A stretch of 64,000 nt of DNA from Octopus sinensis (GCF_006345805.1 NC_042999.1:110856001-110920000); one strand, 5' to 3'. Positions 29,156-43,479 are shown, counted from the first letter of the stretch. A program made the numbers and translations. Notes: a model not told the origin generated them from the sequence alone.

Positions 29156-29385
29156 AAATAAAAAAAAAAACTTCTTATTGATAACAGCGAAAATATATAC
29201 AAAGATACATATGCAGTTATAGACAAAAATATACATGTTTGATGCCATCAAGAGGTAGGCCCCGAAATGGCATGCATTCTCTTCTGATGACTCTCTATGC
29301 TTTCTGGCTTCCAGTATGTAGAACTTTCAACTGGTAGCACTTGCATGTGCAAGTTGTTTGCAAAACATATATATATATGTATATA

Positions 29386-29897
29386 TCTATATATATAAAA
29401 CTGTAGTTGTGTGAGTGTCTGTCCCCTTCGATTTAGATTCCTAACTACTCCCACATTTTGCGGTGCAGTTTAACCAAATTCGGGTATCTTATAGTCGTGA
29501 TTCATATTGAGCCTGTCTGAGTATTAGCGTGCATCTACAATGAGTCTACGATTTTTAAAATAATTTAACATCATTTTTTATTCCATTTTAATGCATAATT
29601 TTTCGTGTGTCGATGGCGGCGGAGTTGGCGTCCATGGTCACACCTGCACCTGTTTGCTTCTCCCCCTTCTTCCCTCCCTCTTGAAGGTATGGGGAAGGGA
29701 GTGTAAGGAATTCAATGTCATAAAGCGTTGTCAAGGAGACCAGCGTTCTTTTAGAACAATGACTTCATGGCTTGAAGACACCAAAACAGAAATGGCTAAG
29801 AAAGCCTGAATTGGCATCTATAAGGGAAGTAACTCTCTAAAAATGCTTATATAGTTATTTCCCTTACAAACCCGAGCAACGCCGGGCGATACTGCTA

Positions 29898-29898
<1 letters not shown>
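29386..29898 (+). mobile_element. Non-autonomous Helitron
   Basis: 5' A|TCTATATATATAAAACTG. 3' hairpin CCCGAGCAACGCCGGG followed by CTAG|T. Confidence 0.85.
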
Positions 29899-29940
<42 letters not shown>

Positions 29941-30325
29941 TATTTATATATAAGAAATAATTGAGATTGAGTTGAAGCACCTAGTCAGTTCGATATTATC
30001 CGCACAGCTCGAAGTAAGGTGAATAAAATCAAAATAAGCAACAGGATATCAAGAAATGATGCAGTATGACCGTTTCAAGTGGCTTCATTTAATTGAACAA
30101 TGCAATCATTATATCAATTTAAAAAATTGACTACACTTCCAAGAATCGCATGAGTCCCATTGGGGTCATAGCTTGTAAAGGATTGTGATTAAAATTCTAT
30201 TTGTTTATATATTTGTGTAGCTGATGATGGCACTGTATTTGAATCCTGTTGCTTATTTTGATTTTATATATATGTATATTTTTCTTTCCTCTGTCTTCCC
30301 TTCTCTGGATCTTTCCTTCTCCTAT

Positions 30326-30360
30326 GTTTCCGACGAAGAGCTCCACTCGAAACGTTAAAC
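30326..30360 (+). ncRNA. Minimal hammerhead motif with a U4>C core change
   Basis: GUUU-CCGACGA-A-GAG-cucca-CUC-GAAA-CG-UU-AAAC. Confidence 0.55.
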
Positions 30361-30458
30361 CCTTCTTTTTTCCTTCTTTCCTGAGTGTCTAATAATACTA
30401 TATTTGTTCCACATCCTCGTGTTGTGTTTTTTTTGTGCTTTCTTGTTTGGATTAACTT

Positions 30459-30496
<38 letters not shown>

Positions 30497-31009
30497 CACA
30501 CACATATATATTTATATATGCATACATATGTATGCATATATACAAGCTTATCTGTATACATAATCCTAGCTGGTGGGGGTGCTTGCCTCCCCTTCGCAAA
30601 ATGTGCCAAAGCCGACAGGAAACGTCGATGCTTTCTAGGGCTGAATAGTGGTGGTGTAATTCCCTTTACGGGACTGTCACGTTATGTTGACAGTATACAA
30701 CCACTCTATCGCTCCACCACTGCTCATGTCTCTTTGAGACATTTAGAAATTCAATATTTCTAATATATATATATATAAATATGTGTATATGTCTGTGTGT
30801 ATGATTTGTATAAATATGTGTTTGTGTGTGTGTACATTTGTGTGTGAGTGTGTGTGTGTGGGGGGGTGCATACACTGGAACATGACTGTCATTACATAAA
30901 CCTGATGATTGCATAATGCATGAAAGTACTAGTTTAATTGTAAAACTGTAAAAATTGTAAAAGTAAGAAATACTAAAACATGAAAATCAGACTTTTAGAA
31001 TTTCACTGA

Positions 31010-31069
<60 letters not shown>

Positions 31070-31583
31070 TGCACACACATATATGCACACACACAATGTG
31101 ATTTTATAAGGTAGTGTTGGAAAAGTCAATATTCTCTGTGCCAAGTGAACAAATAACAGTTAATCATGTAGAGTTAAATAACTGAGACTGACCTGTGTAT
31201 CTTCATGAGGGTATCTATATCCAGCCAAGCTGATAATCATCTTTTGAGGCATTAAACACATCAAAACAAATAATACACACACAATCACATGCACACTCAC
31301 ACATACACATGTATATTCATTATATGTGTATACATGTATTATGTGTGTATATATATTGACATGCGCACAAATATATATGTATGTATATGTATGTGTGTAT
31401 GCATGTTTGTATGTATGTATATAAGTGCATATGTACATATGATTGTAAGGTTGTTTGTCACCATGTATGATATATGAAATTATACACACATATAAACAAT
31501 AGCTATTAGATAAAAGACAAATTGCTTAGTATATTATGAATTTCTGCATTTATGTGTTGTGTAAGTCTGTGTGTATGTGCATG

Positions 31584-31630
<47 letters not shown>

Positions 31631-31687
31631 GTGTGTGTCTGTATGTATGTACATATGTAAAACTAGATATATGCATGTCTATCTATC

Positions 31688-31718
<31 letters not shown>

Positions 31719-33815
31719 TTACACATGCATGTATGCTTGCATATATAATTTATTCTTGCTTAATTATGAATGGGTGTAGGTTGTGTCTGTACTTGAACAC
31801 ACTGGTTTATAATTTGCCATTTCTAAATTAATTTCCAGTGTGTACATGACACTCAAACACACACACAAACAATCATTTGCTATAGATGACATATATAAAC
31901 TATCAAAAAAAAAAACTCACATAAATGTACAGAACCTATTATACAAAACCACATACATTAATGCACACACTGACACAAGCTCTTTCAATAATGCCTTCAG
32001 CTTTTATTATTAACCCTTGCTTTATTCATTTTTTCTTCTTCATCCAGTTCTGTGTATTACTTCCATCAATCAGCTACCAAACTGTAGTAATTTAAGGGAA
32101 ATTTGACTATTATTTTCTGATTCCATTTTTTTTTCCCTTTCTTATTATTTCTTATTTTTATTTACCAATATCTCTTCTAATCTCATATCTGATGAACAGC
32201 CATATATAAACCAAAGCAATGAATTTATGAGCAAATAGTTTTATCTGTCCTAATGACTCATATTAGCTAATGTATTATAATGGATTAGAATATATCATTG
32301 TACTTTATAATGCATTTGCTTGGATTCCAATCACATTTCTTTGTAATTGAAGATTAACTTTTTCTTTATAACAATGATGATGATGATGATGATGATGATA
32401 ACAATAATAATGATGATGATAATAATAATAAAAACAACAACACTGATTATTATGATTATCATCATTATTATCATTATAATTATAATAAAAATAATGTAAA
32501 ATAATAAAAATAATGCAAAAATGACACTTCTTACATCTATTGCTTGTATATACATATATTCTTCTACGTTTATCTCTTTCTATCTATTTATCTCTCTATC
32601 TATGTTACATCTAAATTTTAGTAAAGTTTCTCAGAAAAATGTATGGATGAATTTTGTTAAATGGCATATGTATACAATAATATGAACTTCAAAATACTTA
32701 TATATCAAATATGAATGACACCAAGAAATACATAAATATATAAATTTGTAAATAATAAATCGAAGAATACAAAAAATATATTCTTGACAATTTTTGTATT
32801 ATGTTTTTCAGGGATTTTTCAACATTATTTTATTATTCCTTTTCAAGTATTATTTTAATTTTATATATATTTATTATTGATATATATTTTGTTTTGGTTT
32901 TCTTTAATATGTTTTCAGATTTTTTTTTTCCCATATTTCAACATAGTAGGCTGTTGGTTTATCTTAGATACATTTTTACTGATATTGAGTCATATAATAT
33001 CTTATCTAGAAGAATATCAAACTATATAATAAAGCGTTTCAATTGTAAAAGATTTAATGCTATTTTTCCCCGACCCAAAATACTTGATGGAGTTTGGGCT
33101 ACTTGTAAACAGAATAGTTACAATGACATAAAACCATCATTATATGAAGGACTTGCAGTAGTCTCTAGTAAATCATTGGGAAAATAAATTGGCAAATCTT
33201 CTATTGTGAATCTGAAAAGTATTTTATTTTATTTTATTTTATTTTATTTTTTTACCATTAGAAGAATTGGAGCAAAATATAAAAATGAGTGCTTCACAAC
33301 AATGACAACAACAGCAATAATATTAACAATGATTATGATGATTATAATAATGATGATGATGAAGAGGAGGAAGAGAGGGTGGATAATTACCATGAGGGTG
33401 GTGGTGTAGTTGTAGTGGTGGTGGTGGTGGTGGTAGTTGAGATGATGATGATGTATTTAAACATATATATATATTCACGAGTGGGAGATATGAGGTACTG
33501 ATACACACAGAGAGAACTGTTGTATGTTACAGCTGATAATATAGAGAGACGCAAACATACACCTAATTGAACATATACAAATATATTCAAAGAAGAGATG
33601 TACTCACACACACAGACACACACACACATATATATACATATACAGACATATACATATATATATGTATACATATGCATAGTTATATATATATATTTATATA
33701 TATATATCTACATATATAAATAGTATATATATGTGTATACTGTGTGTGAATATGTGTGTGTATACAAATACATAAATATATATATATATATATATGTATA
33801 ACATATATATATACA

Positions 33816-33851
<36 letters not shown>

Positions 33852-35535
33852 CATATATATACATATATATATATATACATATATAGTTGTGTGTATATAC
33901 ATATGTATGTATATATAGATAGATACATACATACATAATATATGTATGCATATTTATTTGTATGTACACACACACACATATATATATGTAAATATGTATA
34001 TATATATATATATGTATGTATATATATATATATATATATATACATGTGCACATACACACATACACACACATATATATATAAAGAGGCAGTGACCACTACA
34101 CACATGCTTACACATACATATGCACACTCGTACGAATAATCATTCACATCACACAGTCAACCTCATTAAATATATCTTGAAACATCCACCACCATCCCTT
34201 TGTCCCATCCCCAACTGTTTGCCTAATATCCCAGACTGCCAAAATGACTATGTATGAATGAACACCTATAAATCCAAATATTTATAATAAAAATCTGAAT
34301 TCAATTCAATTACGATTTATTTCTCATTTATGACATTTAATATTTCTATTTGCTTTCATTAAGGGAAAAAAAAACAAATTCTCCAGCTTCTCTTCATTGT
34401 CGAAGATTCAGTGCAAAATCATAATTTATTGAGAAGTCACTATAAAATGCATTTAGTTGCAATGATGCTGATCAAAGTTCTTGTTTTGGTTTGTTTTGGT
34501 TTTGTTCTTGTAGAGCAGTGGTCGTGGTGATGGTTGTGATGGTGGTTTCATAGTGATGGTTGGTAGAGGGTCGTTTAAGTTACTGACTGGACAGTTAGCT
34601 GACAGGATTGTTGGAAAGAAGAGGAATAAATTAAAAACAGACAAAAAAAGCCCAAAAGAAAACAAAAAAAATTAAGGGAAGAAATTGTTGAAAAATAAGA
34701 GAATTCTGGTTGGGGAGGAGTTTGGGGATTAATAAAATCTTATTAACACGTTTGCTTTATTATAAACATGGAGAGATTATAAATAAAACTAAACTCATAC
34801 ATATTTAGCAAACAGCAGTGTGAGATTCACATTGTTTTGCCTGACAATCAACAAATATTCTAGGTTTTCTGGTATGTTTTTGTGTATATCTGTAGTACAT
34901 GTATGTGTATGTGCTTATGTGTGTGTGTGAGAGAGAGGGAAAGAGAGCAAGAGAAAGAGTGAGTGAGCAAGATAGAAAGAGAAAATGAGTGAGCATTGGT
35001 GTGTTTGTGTGTATGCATGGACAAGTCATCAAAAAGTCCACTTTGCAGCTACAGCACTAGGAGTTTGATCCCACTGTGTGAAGACCCATTGAATGGATAG
35101 CATTGGAAACGCAATGAATCAGCTCTCTCCACACATTGTTAGACACTGATTATGTCTTCCACTGTTGCAGTTATCATATTAACTCCAGGGCTTATTTTCT
35201 ACTTTGAAGATTGATGCATTTTTTTTCTTTTAATAATCTTTTTGTTAAGGGACTTAAATGGTGATGAACTTTTACCAAACAAGTGTTACCACAAGGGGCA
35301 AGACACAATCAAACAGACACACAAATATTCACTCCCCACACATACATCTGTTGTGCTTGTATATATATGCATATATATATATATATACAAGCACAAGATG
35401 TATATATGCATATATGCATATAAGTATACAAATGTATATATATATATATATGTATATACATATATATATATATATTGTATATATATATACACACATATAT
35501 ATATATGTATATATGTAGACATATATATATATATC

Positions 35536-35616
<81 letters not shown>

Positions 35617-35625
35617 TATATATAT

Positions 35626-35656
<31 letters not shown>

Positions 35657-36266
35657 CATATATGTATATAAAATTAAATTTTCTTATAAAGTATGTTTTA
35701 AGTATACTTCACAATATATGGACTGCATTAAGAAGTGCTCCTTGTGAGCTAAATCAAAGGATAAGGGAATCTATCAAATTATTACCATGTAGGATTTCAT
35801 CATGAAGGAAGCCATCCTGATGAGGAGGGCATTATGTTTCTGTATTTGGAATACTTAAAATGCTATTTATACTTTTATTGTACCTCTGAAACAGATATCC
35901 TTTACCTGAATTCACCCAAATCTGTATATATCTGTTTAATCTACCTATTTATTAACCTATTTACCCCTGAATTTTTAAATTTTGAACTCTCATCTGACAT
36001 TATGTATAAACATCAAATTCTTAATCAATTCAAACGGTTTCTTTTGGAAGCCTTGACCTCGAACTTTTATCTCTTTATTTGTCACTCCTCCATTCTGTAC
36101 ATGAACCCAACGTATATGATGCACAATTTTCACATATGACTTTTACATGTAATTTCATTCACTGATTTATAAATTTACATATATATATATTTATTTCATT
36201 GTGTATTTTAAATTATGCTTTGGTATTTGTATTGATTGCCTGGATGTGTTCCTTCTATAATTTGCC

Positions 36267-36312
<46 letters not shown>

Positions 36313-36314
36313 TG

Positions 36315-36519
36315 TACATACATATAAGAGGGATGACCACTAAGTGGACATCCAATATGCTAGATGTAGACCCCATATGGTCTGACCACTAAGAAAAGAT
36401 TGTTCTCAAGAAAATTCAGCAAACACCAGAACAATCTTTTCTTAGTGGTCAGACCATATGGGGTCTACATCTAGCATAATGGATGTCCACTTAGTGGTCA
36501 TCCTTCTTATATGTATGTA
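36315..36519. repeat. Near-perfect fold-back palindrome with 92-bp arms and a 21-bp loop
   Basis: 36315-36406 pairs with 36428-36519. Confidence 0.9.
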
Positions 36520-36643
36520 ATATAATTTTTTCTGAATCTTCAGACTACTTCAATATGCTTCGCCACTGGTTTTAAATTGATATTAATCAAATTAATATTC
36601 AATTTTCACCCTTATTATTTAAATTATATATGCATGTATGTAT

Positions 36644-36676
<33 letters not shown>

Positions 36677-36684
36677 TATATACA

Positions 36685-36738
<54 letters not shown>

Positions 36739-36784
36739 CATATATATACATATATACATATATATATACATTTATATAAATACA

Positions 36785-36817
<33 letters not shown>

Positions 36818-37561
36818 GTATGTATAGTTTTGATTACACGGGATCAATAAATCAATATGTGATTGAGGCATATCAAATGCTGCTGCTGCTACTACTACTA
36901 CTACCAGGAACAAAATATGCTGGAATGGATTGGATGAACCAAATTCATGCCAGTTCTTATTTGGAGATACGTTTCCAAAAAGTGTCAGAGGACAATGTCT
37001 CACTCATATGTTTTATTTTCAGTATGACATTTATGCCCTTCTAAGCACCATACAGAGTTTACCGGGTGAAAACTAATGAGTAATCTGTATGCTACATTCT
37101 CTCAGTTGTTTCTGAACCAGTTTACTATGTTCTAGACCAATACTAGAGAGATTGTTTTTGTTCCTTGCATGTGTAACCAGTCTTATCTGCTCTCTGTTAT
37201 CTCTGTTTATTCAGGGTGAACATGAGTGGTGGTGAATAGAAGAGACAAAAAAGAATAATGACTGAGATATGAAAGAAAAAGTATATATGCGCATATTTTT
37301 TGTGTGTCTGTGTGTGTTTGAATGTGTGTATAGTAATTCTACAAGGAAAATGTTGACAGATACTTTAAAGTTTCAATTACGCAGCCTTCATTGGGTAACA
37401 TTGCCAAAACTTGTAAAAATAAAATATGTTGTTCTATTGAAAGATCTTGTGTCATCCTTTGGTTAAAGGTTTAACTATTTTTACGTAAATTTATACATAA
37501 AAAACAATTCTTCTTCTCCTTCATGAATGACAAATGAAGATTCAGTAAAATAAAGCAGTGA

Positions 37562-37735
37562 TCATGTTCTATGGACACACATGTGTCTCTTGAGTCCTGC
37601 TGGTGCCTTACAAACCTTTTGACAAATAAAACAGGTTGAGGACTCAGTTTGCTCAAGGGCTAGTGGAACAGTTACTACCTGTTTTCTTAAGTGGATGGCA
37701 ATGCCAGCTTTGCTCCATGCCACAAAACCATGATG
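37562..37735 (-). pseudogene. Single terminal C2H2 zinc finger, probably an RTE-type LINE C-terminus
   Basis: 57 open codons ending CFICQKVCKAPAGLKRHMCVHRT* (C-x2-C-x12-H-x3-H). It lies next to the Helitron at 37759. Confidence 0.6.
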
Positions 37736-37758
37736 TTATATATATATTTATATATATA

Positions 37759-38328
37759 CTAGCAGTATAGCCCGGCGTTGCTCGAGTTTGGTTTTTAGTT
37801 GTGCTTAAAATAGCAGGCTTTGATGTCGCGTTTACAAAGTTTTGACACAGTTTCAATCTATGAATAAAAGTATAGTGTGGCAATGCTCGAGTTTGCTCTG
37901 AATGTGCATTGGATGAGCTGATCCATCATTCACTCAAAACCAATGACATCACAAAAAATTCTTTTTGACCCTCTAGATTTGAAATTTTTGAAAAGTAAAA
38001 ATTTTGCATTATGTAGCTTGTTATTCTCTTTAAAGGAACATTTTTCTGGTTGAAATACACAGAAAAATGGCAACACAGCAGTAAAAAAATTGTAAAAAAT
38101 AGGTATTTTCATAGAAAAAAAAAACCTTTTTGATGTAAATAATTTTTGGTCTTAACATGGTCCGATTTGAACTTTTTCTTCTACAGAATAAAGAGCAAGC
38201 CTTCTTCTATCATTCTCTCAATTTTGGTCAACTTGCGCCGCAGGGTCTTGGAGGAGATAGTGTTAGTTGACGGCTACCAAACCTGCCATAAACACACACA
38301 CAGACAACTTCAGCTTTATATGTATAGA
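37759..38328 (-). mobile_element. Non-autonomous Helitron with an extra 3' segment
   Basis: 5' A|TCTATACATATAAAGCTGAAG. 3' CTCGAGCAACGCCGGG..CTAG|T. The 5' ~350 bp match the 44-kb copy. Confidence 0.85.
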
Positions 38329-38451
38329 TATATGTGTATGTGTGTGTATATATATGTATATATATATGTATGTATGTATGTATGTATCTATGTATTTGTG
38401 TTTATATGTATATTATATGTTTTGATAAATCATTTTGTGGTATTACTTTAA

Positions 38452-38764
38452 AGAAATTTGTTGTGTAAGGCTAGAACAATGCAAGAAGGTGTAAAGTACA
38501 TTACAATAGGAAAAAGGAAACAAAATGAAGTTGCAGCTTTACTTTGTATTCCTATATTTCAGGGTATAAACTTTCTCTTCAGGGCATTTATAAAAGTGAG
38601 GGATCAACAATATTTTGATCCCCCATTTTTCCAAATGTCCTGAAGAAAGGGTTATAGCCCTGAAATATAGAAATACAAGCTAAAACTGCTACTTTGTTTA
38701 GTTTTCCTTTTGTAGTTTACTTTGTACCTTCTCACATAGTTCCAGCCTTACACAATAAATCTCT
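38452..38764. mobile_element. Palindromic MITE with TTAA target duplication (Kolobok-like termini)
   Basis: TTAA|AGAAATTTGTTGTGTAAGGCTAGAAC ... GTTCCAGCCTTACACAATAAATCTCT|TTAA. The imperfect inverted symmetry runs to the centre. Confidence 0.7.
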
Positions 38765-38907
38765 TTAATACATATGAATATATATATACACACACATATA
38801 TTTATATGCATATATATATATATACATACACACATCTATTTATATGTAAATATATATATATATACATATATATATATACACACATGTGTATATATATATA
38901 TATATGC

Positions 38908-38988
<81 letters not shown>

Positions 38989-41050
38989 CACATATATATA
39001 TATACACATACACACACATTTATATGCTCATATATATGTATATACATGTGTGTGTGTGAGGAACAATAAAAATTTTAAGTGAGATACCATCTTATCCAAC
39101 TTGTTTGTCTAATTAATATTTTCTTTGTATGCCATGCTGTTCACTAATGAATGACTTTCATCTTGATCTTTGTTTACGAATTTCAAGATAAATACTTTGA
39201 CTAGATTTAGAAACTGTACTTCTTTATCTTTTTATTTTTTATCCCAGTGGTATTTCATTATATTCTTAACATTTCTAAAACAATGGAAACAATATCGTAA
39301 AATAGTTGCTACTGCCCTGAAGTCTTCTTTTAACTAAATGACTTAAAATAATTTTTTATTTTTATTTTTAATTACCATGTTTAAATCTAAAAATCTTACA
39401 TAATAGCTATTTTATATTTCATAATAGTTTGTTGTATTTTAATACTTTAGTTTTTAATTCTATAAAAGTTAATTACTCGTGTGATACTCAAGTTCATTTC
39501 CCAAAATATATTAAGTTATGACTTATGGCAATTTTAGTTGTTGAGTAGCCATAGCATTTTATTATATTTGTCTATTTGTTTTTTGTTGTTGTTTTTTTTT
39601 CAATTTCGTGCAGTTGTGAATCATAAACTTCATCGTTATCAAGTTTTTAAAGCGAAATTCATTAAGTCACACACACTGATGATTCCCCTCAAGTCAGTGA
39701 CGTTACAGAGATATAAATAGCTTGATATTAACCCTTACCATACAAGTCACTTCTAAACTGTGTGGGTATAACTTTAAGATAAACAATCTAAGTGATTTGA
39801 TAGAGACTCAATCTGTTAAAAATAGTAGCTAAATCTTACTGGTTTAAAAATGGGAGAACACATTGCTTGTAACTGGAAATTATTATACTTTAGTCATATT
39901 TTGGTCATATTGTCTTTCAACAGTTTTCATGGAATTGTGGTGCTTGCTTGTGTCCTGGACAAGAATTGTCACAAAAGATTGTGTCAGTAGTAGGGTGATG
40001 ACATGAAATGTGATAGGGAAACTAAATATGATACCGTCTTCTGAGAACTGCCAAAAACTGATCATAATGGTAAATTCTTTTCTGGGAAGTCGCCAGAGGT
40101 CACCTATTGATTTAAAGGTGCAAAGAGGTATAGCTCCAGATGACAAGGGAAAAGGAAGCAAAAAGCTCCTGGGATGGACATAGGGTGAGGATGAAAGGGT
40201 GAGGGTGACACCCTTCAGTCATGAATGACCATGGAATCACACCTAGAAAGTTACCATCTGAGGTACAAGTCCGGGCAAGTTTGTTTATGGAAGACCGGCA
40301 GTTGCCCATGCATACTGGACTCCCCTCTCCCCACCATTGATGTCATTCAAAGGAAAGGCAAAGGTCAATATAGCTTGGCACCAGTGATATTGTAACTCAT
40401 TTCTACAGGTGACTGAACTGGAGCAATGTGAAATAAATTGTTTGCTCAAGAACACAACATGCAGCCTGGTCCGAGAATCAAACTCACAACCTCATGATTG
40501 TAAGCTTAATGGTCTAATCACTGAGCCAGGTGCCTTCATTAGGGATGGACATAACAGAACAAACATTTGATCATAGGTCTGCTCAACCAAGAATATCTTT
40601 TATCTTTTATCCTTTACTTGTTTTAGATTGCAGCCATGCTGGGGCAACAACTTGAAGAATTTTAGTTGAATAAATCAGCTACACATATACATATAGACAT
40701 ATACGGACTTCATTCAGTCTCTGCAAACTAAACCCACTCATAATGCTTTTGTTGATCCAGGGCTACAATAAAAGACATTTTCTCAAGGTGCAACACTGGG
40801 ACTGAACCCAAAACGAAGTGTTTAGGAAGTGAACTTCTTAACCTGCCAGCCATGCCTGTGCCTGTTAGAATTTACAAAGCTTCATGGGTGCCCAACATAT
40901 AAACATATACCCTAAATTTTCACATATCCTATTTATCTCATTTTTTAATGAAAAATATTTAATCAAATTCTACTTACAGTAATGATTTCTAACATAGGCA
41001 CAAGGTTACAAATCTACTTAGAATAATGAAAAACAAAGTCAGCCACTTAC

Positions 41051-41143
41051 GCAACTCTGATCAATAATGAATTGAAGCAGTTGTAATGCTCCTTCTGGTT
41101 CAATACCTCACTCAGACCAAAGCCGTTCATGCCTAACTGTGAG
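41051..41143 (-). CDS. Candidate internal exon (phase 2 to 2)
   Basis: Acceptor ttttgttttcgatgatag, donor GC|gtaagt. The only open frame reads SQLGMNGFGLSEVLNQKEHYNCFNSLLIRV. Confidence 0.4.
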
Positions 41144-41360
41144 CTATCATCGAAAACAAAAGCAATCAATGATCTTTCTTAATAATATCTTAAGTTTGTT
41201 ATATGGTATATTTTTGCAGAAAGAAAGAAAGAAAAAATTCAAAAGAATAACCTACAATGTTCAGTAAAGAAGTATCTTTGGAACTTGGATTCTTCAGTTT
41301 TCAATGAACCGACATATATTAATGTATTCTTTGAAAGAGTTGATTTTCTTCCACCAAAGA

Positions 41361-41419
<59 letters not shown>

Positions 41420-41570
41420 TCTCTCCCTCCTTCTCTATTTATAAAGCAATATCTATATTTATATAGATATTATATGTGATATTTTGATAGTTTAATGATT
41501 TTTATCATATTATATATGTGTATGTGTATGCATGCATACACAGATACACACACGCACACACACACACACA

Positions 41571-41626
<56 letters not shown>

Positions 41627-41857
41627 TGGGTATAATTGAATATATTACGCCAAAAGAGAAGAGCAATAGCATAAGAGTTGGGATGTTCCAACATTTGATA
41701 AATAGTCATGAGTTCAAACCTACTTGTTCTGGTTTGTCTGTTTTGTTCCATTTTCTTTTTTTCTGCTAACTGACACTAATGATATGGATGTATACACACA
41801 AACACGCTTACATGCATATATATATATATATATATATATATACATGCATGTTAGGGA

Positions 41858-42139
41858 GTGACACTTCTTCATACAGATCTCCTTGTCCATCTGCAGCACA
41901 TGACCATACCAGTGCAGTCATCTCTCTTGCACACCACATCTGATGCTTCTTATATCCAACATTTCTCTCAGGACGTTTACACTCTGTAGTGTGTGCACAC
42001 TGACATTACATATTCAGCAGATCATACTAACTTCATTTCTTTAAAGCCTACACATGTCTTCAGCAGTCATAGTCCATGTTTCACTGCTGTGTAGCATGGT
42101 AGTTTGCACACATGCATTGTACAATATACCTTTCACTCT
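41858..42139 (-). pseudogene. RTE LINE RT-thumb/C-terminal fragment
   Basis: RVKGILYNACVQTTMLHSSETWTMTAEDMCRL*RNEVSMIC*..LHWYGHVLQMD. Confidence 0.8.
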
Positions 42140-42377
42140 GATTGTTGTATATCATTGCCTGGTTCTTAGCAACAAATTCGGGAGTTCTTTTCATATCAGA
42201 ATGATCAGAGTGAGTTTTCTGAGCTGCAGTACCTTCATAATCCCCATTAGACTCATCCATGGTGCTATTTTTCTCACAGACAGTGCCAAACTAACCCTAC
42301 TATAATGTGTAGTTGGCAAAATCAATAACAAAGGGCAAAATAAAAAATATAAAATGGCACAATTTACCCATTGCACG

Positions 42378-42380
<3 letters not shown>
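42140..42380 (-). mobile_element. Left-end fragment of a second Tc1/mariner element
   Basis: TA|CAGCGTGCAATGGGTAAATTG terminus at 42380. Relic DESNGDYEGTAAQKTHSDHSDMKRTPEFVAKNQAMIYNN resembles a Tc1/mariner transposase N-terminal region. Confidence 0.7.
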
Positions 42381-42425
<45 letters not shown>

Positions 42426-42621
42426 AAACAAGTCAAGATAGGAAATGCTAAATTAATTTTATAAAGAACATTTCGGTACCGGTTTCGGTCATTTTGAGAC
42501 CTTTTCAACTGTAACGATTAAATAATTAAATTTAGAAAAATTAAAAGAAAAGTTTTTTTAAAGGAATATTTGTATAGTGTTCAAATATAAGTGGCATTTT
42601 CCTTGTTTCTGCCTTTACTAT

Positions 42622-42659
<38 letters not shown>

Positions 42660-43479
42660 TTATTTTATTGTTCTTTTTATTTGTTTCAGTCATTTGACTA
42701 TGGTCATGCTGGAGCACTGCCTTTAGTTGACAAATCAACCCCAGGACTTATTCTTTGTAAGCTTAGTACTTATTCTATCGGTCTCTTTTGCTGAACCATG
42801 AAGTTACAGGGATATAAACATACCAGCATCGGTTGTCAAGTGATGGTGGGGGGACAAACACATGCACACATACACACACATACACATACATACACACAGT
42901 TTCTGCCTACCAAAGGCTATAGTAGAAGACACTTGTCCAAGGTGCCATGCAGTGGGACTGAACCTAGAACCATGTGGTTGGTAAGCAAACTTCTTACCAC
43001 ACAGCCACCCCTGTGCCTACCCACACATTCACACGCACGCACACACACACACACGCACACATACATATATATATACTGTCCCAAAAGAAAGTGGACCTTT
43101 TAAAATGTAACATTTTTGTGTCACTTGCAATTTAGTTAGACTTGTCTCTTGTAAAATAATTCACTTCACTGTTGATGCAATGCTTCCAACGTTTTCCAAG
43201 ATGATAGAGCCAAGCCATACTTTAACAAGGCACAGAATTGTGGAATTTACCAAACCCAAAATATCCTAGATTATGAGTCAACTTGATATATCCCCTAACC
43301 AGGAGTTGGTAATATTGCCTAATTGTCATTACTGGCTGGCTTCTTCTTCTTGCAACATTTCCAAAATATCCCAAACCATGGAAATCAGCTACAAGAAACT
43401 ATTTCTAAATAGCATCAACCTGAGAAAGTAATTGCCTTAGAAAACGACTCTGATTTGCCATCTTCTATAAGGCACAATC

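Noticed and set aside
32801-33187. 128-aa ORF
   Set aside because: It has T-rich, low-complexity composition, no recognisable motif and no convincing splice pair.
37562-37735. Member of the cephalopod C2H2 zinc-finger gene expansion
   Set aside because: It is a single finger followed by a stop, with no TGEKP linker. It fits an RTE-type LINE C-terminus better.
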